From a virus (Duplodnaviria; Caudoviricetes), in the IMG/VR virus record IMGVR_UViG_3300029305_005547, positions 160,001-224,000 of that record: a DNA stretch of 64,000 nt; one strand, 5' to 3'. Within the stretch, counting starts at the first letter, position 1. Each line of letters starts with the position of its first letter. Below are positions 60,062 to 64,000 of the stretch, piece after piece. Below the pieces are notes generated by a model, which worked only from the letters and a program-made list of their open reading frames with translations, did not search any database and was not told the origin of the DNA. The position numbers were made by a program, and so were the translations under genes.

Positions 60062-60228
60062 ACAAATAACCTCACTTTCATTTATATTCACTAATATGAT
60101 ATATAAATGAAATAAGTGACTTTTACATCCTTTTGTTCAAATTTATATTTACGGATAGAGCACCAGTTATCCTTTCTATTTCTAACATTTATCTAATGAT
60201 ATTATTAAATGGAAAGGACGATGATCAA

Positions 60229-60936
60229 ATGGAAACACTACCAGAAAACACAGTAGATAAAGTTCTGGAAAAAATGATGGAAAGTCCAATTGGATTTATC
60301 ATAGTATGTATCATTGTCGTTATAATTGCACTTTTACCATTTTGGAAATGGTTATATAGTGTATATAAAGACTGGAAAGATAAACGTGATGCAAAACGTG
60401 AAAAGGAACTAAAAGAGGCTAAAGAATTGCAAGATAGTATCAAACAAATTGCAAAGCATCTTCCTGAGCTTGATCAGCAAGTTCTTTCTCTTTCAAATGA
60501 AGTTTCTTCGTTTAGAGATTTAAAAGATGAATGGATTGATACGACTAGATCACTACATAATACTGTGGTTGAAATGAAAGCAGATATATCTTCTTTAGCA
60601 AATAAATCACAACATGATGATGATGAACTTGCTGAAAGACTCAAGGAAACACAAGAAATAGTTAGTGATATGAGACAATCAACCAAAAAAATTGAAACTG
60701 ATATGGGTGTTCTCTTTGAAGGAGAGAACAACGAGTTTCGCATTTATTTGACACAACTCCATGAACGACATATCACAAAAGGTGAACCGATGACTCGTGA
60801 AATAAGACAACGTCTGAGGATCAAATTTGAAAGTTATGAAAAACGTGGAGGAAATGGATGGGCAAAAGAATTATATTTAGATTTGATGAGTCTACCTATA
60901 GAGTCTTATGTGTTGCCAGATGACAACAATAATTAA
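60229..60936 (+). CDS. Late membrane protein with coiled coil (holin-like candidate)
   Basis: Late promoter at 60184-60195; one TM segment; C-terminal YEKRGGNGWAKELY..L..LP motif seen in Firmicutes phage lysis-region proteins. Confidence 0.6.
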   Translation: METLPENTVDKVLEKMMESPIGFIIVCIIVVIIALLPFWKWLYSVYKDWKDKRDAKREKELKEAKELQDSIKQIAKHLPELDQQVLSLSNEVSSFRDLKDEWIDTTRSLHNTVVEMKADISSLANKSQHDDDELAERLKETQEIVSDMRQSTKKIETDMGVLFEGENNEFRIYLTQLHERHITKGEPMTREIRQRLRIKFESYEKRGGNGWAKELYLDLMSLPIESYVLPDDNNN

Positions 60937-60977
60937 AAAAGAACCTAACGCTTATTTCGTCGTTAGGTTCTTTTATT

Positions 60978-61538
60978 TTACAGCTTACACTCAATAAGTA
61001 TAGATTCAGTTAAAACTCCATTATTTTCTTCAGAGAGTTTATCAAGTTTCTCAAGATCAAACTCTTCTTTCTGAAATTTAAACTGAATCCATGTTGGTTC
61101 GAATTCTCTGTAATCTAACCATGATTTAGGGTTTTCGTTACCAAGAACTTTCTTAACCATTTCAAGAAGTCTTTCACCTGCAGCTTTAGATTTAACAAAG
61201 CCTGATAGATCATATCCAATACCTCTTGATTTCCAATATTCACCTTCTTCAGGTCTGGGATCTGGTTGAACCCATGGATGCCAAGGAATTCCTTTTCTAG
61301 GATGCTCTTGTAATTCAGGATATTCGAATATAATTTTACCTTCTTTATCTTTCATATCTGTGCCAAACCCTATTGATGATTTTTTCACTCCATTGGCTAA
61401 TAAACAAAATGTAGTTCCGCATTCTCTACAGGTTCTAGTCCCACAACCTCCACCAGAAACAGGTCCACCATAAGATGAATCACAACCACAATTCACACAA
61501 CCAAATTTTAAATAATCATTCCATGAAATAGCTATCAT
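60978..61538 (-). CDS. Hypothetical protein with zinc ribbon
   Basis: CVNCGC...CRECG. Confidence 0.7.
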   Translation of the reverse strand: MIAISWNDYLKFGCVNCGCDSSYGGPVSGGGCGTRTCRECGTTFCLLANGVKKSSIGFGTDMKDKEGKIIFEYPELQEHPRKGIPWHPWVQPDPRPEEGEYWKSRGIGYDLSGFVKSKAAGERLLEMVKKVLGNENPKSWLDYREFEPTWIQFKFQKEEFDLEKLDKLSEENNGVLTESILIECKL

Positions 61539-61861
61539 TTTTCATTCCCTCTCTTAAATCTTCTACATGCTCTTTCACCATTAACTTTTTTGCATTTCCG
61601 AACACAATTATCACAATTAACATGGCAATTTAATTTAGATCCGTACATACACGTACAATCAATATTGTTATGATCACACCCTCTAGCATAACACTTAATA
61701 TCTGTAAGTAATCTTCGCATAGTAGGATTCTTTGAAATTATAATCATTCCAGATGTTTTATTTGGATCACAAGTATACCATTTACCTTTCTCATAGAACA
61801 TGCTTTTATCACATTCCTCACATCTACCTGAGCATCTATGATGAGGAAGTTTACCACTCAT
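61535..61861 (-). CDS. Cys-rich hypothetical protein
   Basis: AAGGAGG RBS before MSGKLP; many Cys residues. Confidence 0.65.
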   Translation of the reverse strand: MSGKLPHHRCSGRCEECDKSMFYEKGKWYTCDPNKTSGMIIISKNPTMRRLLTDIKCYARGCDHNNIDCTCMYGSKLNCHVNCDNCVRKCKKVNGERACRRFKRGNEK

Positions 61862-61874
61862 AATACCGACCTCC

Positions 61875-62222
61875 TTAGTATTTAACACCAAACATAGTCT
61901 CTACCATATTAATAATTGCAGGATTATGTTTTCTATGGTATTCTCTAATTTGTTCTTCGTATTTAGCATATTCATCTTTATCTTCATCCGGGATTTTCCA
62001 GCTATTACTATACTGGCATTTTTCTTCATGGCATAAAACACAGCTATAATTCATTATAGGACTTCCATCTTCTTTATATCCTAAGATGTAATTACAAGGT
62101 TTTCCATCTTTCATAGGAGGATACAATTTATCCCATTTCTCTTTTAACGGATTTACAGGAAAATCAGAAGTGTCAGTTCCATCTTCATTTATCACTGTTT
62201 TAACGCATGCTTCTTTTTCCAT
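61875..62222 (-). CDS. Hypothetical protein
   Basis: AAGGAG RBS before MEKEAC. Confidence 0.6.
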   Translation of the reverse strand: MEKEACVKTVINEDGTDTSDFPVNPLKEKWDKLYPPMKDGKPCNYILGYKEDGSPIMNYSCVLCHEEKCQYSNSWKIPDEDKDEYAKYEEQIREYHRKHNPAIINMVETMFGVKY

Positions 62223-62223
62223 G

Positions 62224-62697
62224 TTAGTTCTCCTTCTCAAAAGCTTCAGGCGCTTCCTGATATGCTAAAATTACATAAGACTCATTGATGTCTAATGTTT
62301 CATCGATACAGAAACCTGTATCATGATAATCTAAAAACTCTATTGTTTTATAGCTATCTGATATTTCGCCATTATCAGTTTCAGTAATGAATTCAATCGT
62401 TAAAATATAAGTCTTCTCTGGAACAAAAGGATTTTCAGACTCCGGATTAAATTTAATCCAATCACCGTTATCTTCTTTACTTTCATCATAAATTTCAGGA
62501 AGTTCATCCCATGCAATAACACGATATTCATCGCTTTCGGATGATGTTTTCCAAATAAAATTTCCATCACGAGTTTCTTCATAAATATCCTTACTTACAA
62601 AATTAGGTTCCATTAAAAGAGAACCGTCAAATGTTACGGTATACCATTTTTCAGGAATAGGATTTTCAATTGAAGCGTCTTTCCAATTAGATTTCAT
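62224..62697 (-). CDS. Protein with two DUF551-like repeats
   Basis: W...P...VIAWDELPE and W...P...ILAYQEAPE. Confidence 0.65.
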   Translation of the reverse strand: MKSNWKDASIENPIPEKWYTVTFDGSLLMEPNFVSKDIYEETRDGNFIWKTSSESDEYRVIAWDELPEIYDESKEDNGDWIKFNPESENPFVPEKTYILTIEFITETDNGEISDSYKTIEFLDYHDTGFCIDETLDINESYVILAYQEAPEAFEKEN

Positions 62698-62761
62698 TTT
62701 TTTAATCTCCTTTACGAAAATAATATAAGACTAGGTAAATTATTTACCTAGTCTTATTAAT

Positions 62762-63538
62762 CTACATAAGTCCCTTAATCTGTTCGATTTTATCAACACA
62801 TTCGCACATATATTTATATTGATCTTCATCAATTAAATACAATTTTGCATTCTTCATAAGTAAACGATACTGATCAAGTTGTTTACCTATTGAATCTAGT
62901 GCACTATTCTGGAGTTTTTCTAATATAATTAACTCTCTTTTTAAAGTTGATAATAATGCTCCACGAGTTTCATCATCAAGTGTTGAATCTTTGTCAGATT
63001 CCAGTTCAGCAATCTTATCAACTACCATACGATAACAAACCATTTGCGATTCATACCATATATTACGTTTTTCGATCCCAGCTAATTGATATCTTTTAGG
63101 ACCTGCTAATCCACACATATTCTTCACAAATGTGTTTAAATTATCCATAATTCTGGAGAACTCCATAGTTCTAGGATAAACATATTTTTGTATATTTCTG
63201 TTACTGCAGTTTTCTGAGAAATTACGAGATATCACTTCACATTCAGGTGCTGAGTATGCAGGGAATGCAATCAATTTATCAGGACACATTGCCACAATAT
63301 CAATCCCATTCTCGATAAGTTTATCAATTACTGCAAATGAATCAACTTCGATAATAATAAGATCTAAGTTTTCTATAGCCATATTCAAAAATTCAACATG
63401 ACTTGATACTAAAGAATCGGGAATACCTCGAATGTAATGAAATAAAACATTACAGCCTTCATCTATTAATTTATACGAATCCTGCAAATAACCTTGTAAT
63501 GAACCTAAAGGACATATAACAATTTTTATTTTATTCAT
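62762..63538 (-). CDS. Hypothetical protein
   Basis: Start MNKIKI behind GAAGGATGG. Confidence 0.65.
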   Translation of the reverse strand: MNKIKIVICPLGSLQGYLQDSYKLIDEGCNVLFHYIRGIPDSLVSSHVEFLNMAIENLDLIIIEVDSFAVIDKLIENGIDIVAMCPDKLIAFPAYSAPECEVISRNFSENCSNRNIQKYVYPRTMEFSRIMDNLNTFVKNMCGLAGPKRYQLAGIEKRNIWYESQMVCYRMVVDKIAELESDKDSTLDDETRGALLSTLKRELIILEKLQNSALDSIGKQLDQYRLLMKNAKLYLIDEDQYKYMCECVDKIEQIKGLM

Positions 63539-63542
63539 TTCT

Positions 63543-64000
63543 TTACCATCCTTCTTTAATATTAGTAATTCCATGATCTAATATTTCAATATCAGATATT
63601 TCTTTTGCAACACGTTCAAGTTCTTTTGTATGAGCAGTTTTTACTGTTTCCATAAATGGAATATTGATATCAATCAAATCATAAAAATAGGTATCATCAC
63701 CTTTAAACCTATCCAATCTACCTTTTAACTGATGAGTCATTATTCTTGATGAATGCGGCTCAATACAAATTATAGTTTGTAAATTAGGTGGATTAAATCC
63801 AGTTCCACATGATTTAATCGTTGAACTAATGATATCACAGTTCTGGTTCTTGAAATTGATTTCTTCACTATTATCGGAAAATATAGTTCCTATACTGCGA
63901 GATTTACCGACAATCTCGGACAAGAATTCTGCAATAAATGTTACAGATTCCTTCTTTGGCGTTACTATTAATATCTGTCCATCACGATCTAAGCATTCAT
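63543..64000 (-). CDS. SF2 (UvsW-like) helicase, C-terminal part; the 5' end lies beyond the right edge
   Basis: The frame stays open to the edge; IISSTIKSCGTGFNPPNL (motif V) and QLKGRLDR (motif VI), YFYDLID. Confidence 0.8.
   Translation of the reverse strand, partial: ECLDRDGQILIVTPKKESVTFIAEFLSEIVGKSRSIGTIFSDNSEEINFKNQNCDIISSTIKSCGTGFNPPNLQTIICIEPHSSRIMTHQLKGRLDRFKGDDTYFYDLIDINIPFMETVKTAHTKELERVAKEISDIEILDHGITNIKEGW

Noticed and set aside
1-64000. CRISPR array, tRNA or rRNA genes
   Set aside because: I saw no regularly spaced repeat-spacer pattern and no cloverleaf with T-loop and D-loop consensus. A tRNAscan run would be needed to exclude atypical tRNAs.
1-64000. Phage nucleus shell (chimallin), tubulin, major capsid protein or a site-specific recombinase
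   Set aside because: No ORF here shows motifs I can assign to these; they may lie outside the window.

Overview
This AT-rich window is part of a jumbo phage genome of the phiKZ/AR9 type. It probably infects an anaerobic Firmicute, judging from nrdG, Firmicutes-style AGGAGG/GAAAGG ribosome sites and an M15 endolysin. Core genes are a RecA/UvsX recombinase (cut by the left edge), dUTPase, a large terminase split by two group I introns, a tandem array of internal head proteins, a prohead protease, two halves of a split RNA polymerase beta' subunit, a DnaB helicase, NrdG, tail/baseplate-type genes and an SF2 helicase (cut by the right edge). Two promoter classes can be read directly from the sequence. 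A TATATTAT-type motif precedes mostly minus-strand accessory genes and resembles the phiKZ early promoter. AACA-N6-TA precedes structural genes and matches the AR9 late promoter. The most unusual feature is a pair of start-codon-less tail-fibre-tip cassettes 10 kb apart, each fused to a near-identical 81-bp fold-back element ending in TATTTAG|CTAAATAGTAA. This suggests a dispersed receptor-binding cassette exchange system. Also notable: an antisense, multi-pseudoknot RNA gene with its own promoter and terminator nested inside terminase intron 1; a second ornate structured RNA of about 390 nt; a T4-gene-e-like RBS-sequestering hairpin on the endolysin; and a 47-bp leader motif shared by two early genes. 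All assignments come from motif reading by eye, with no database searches.
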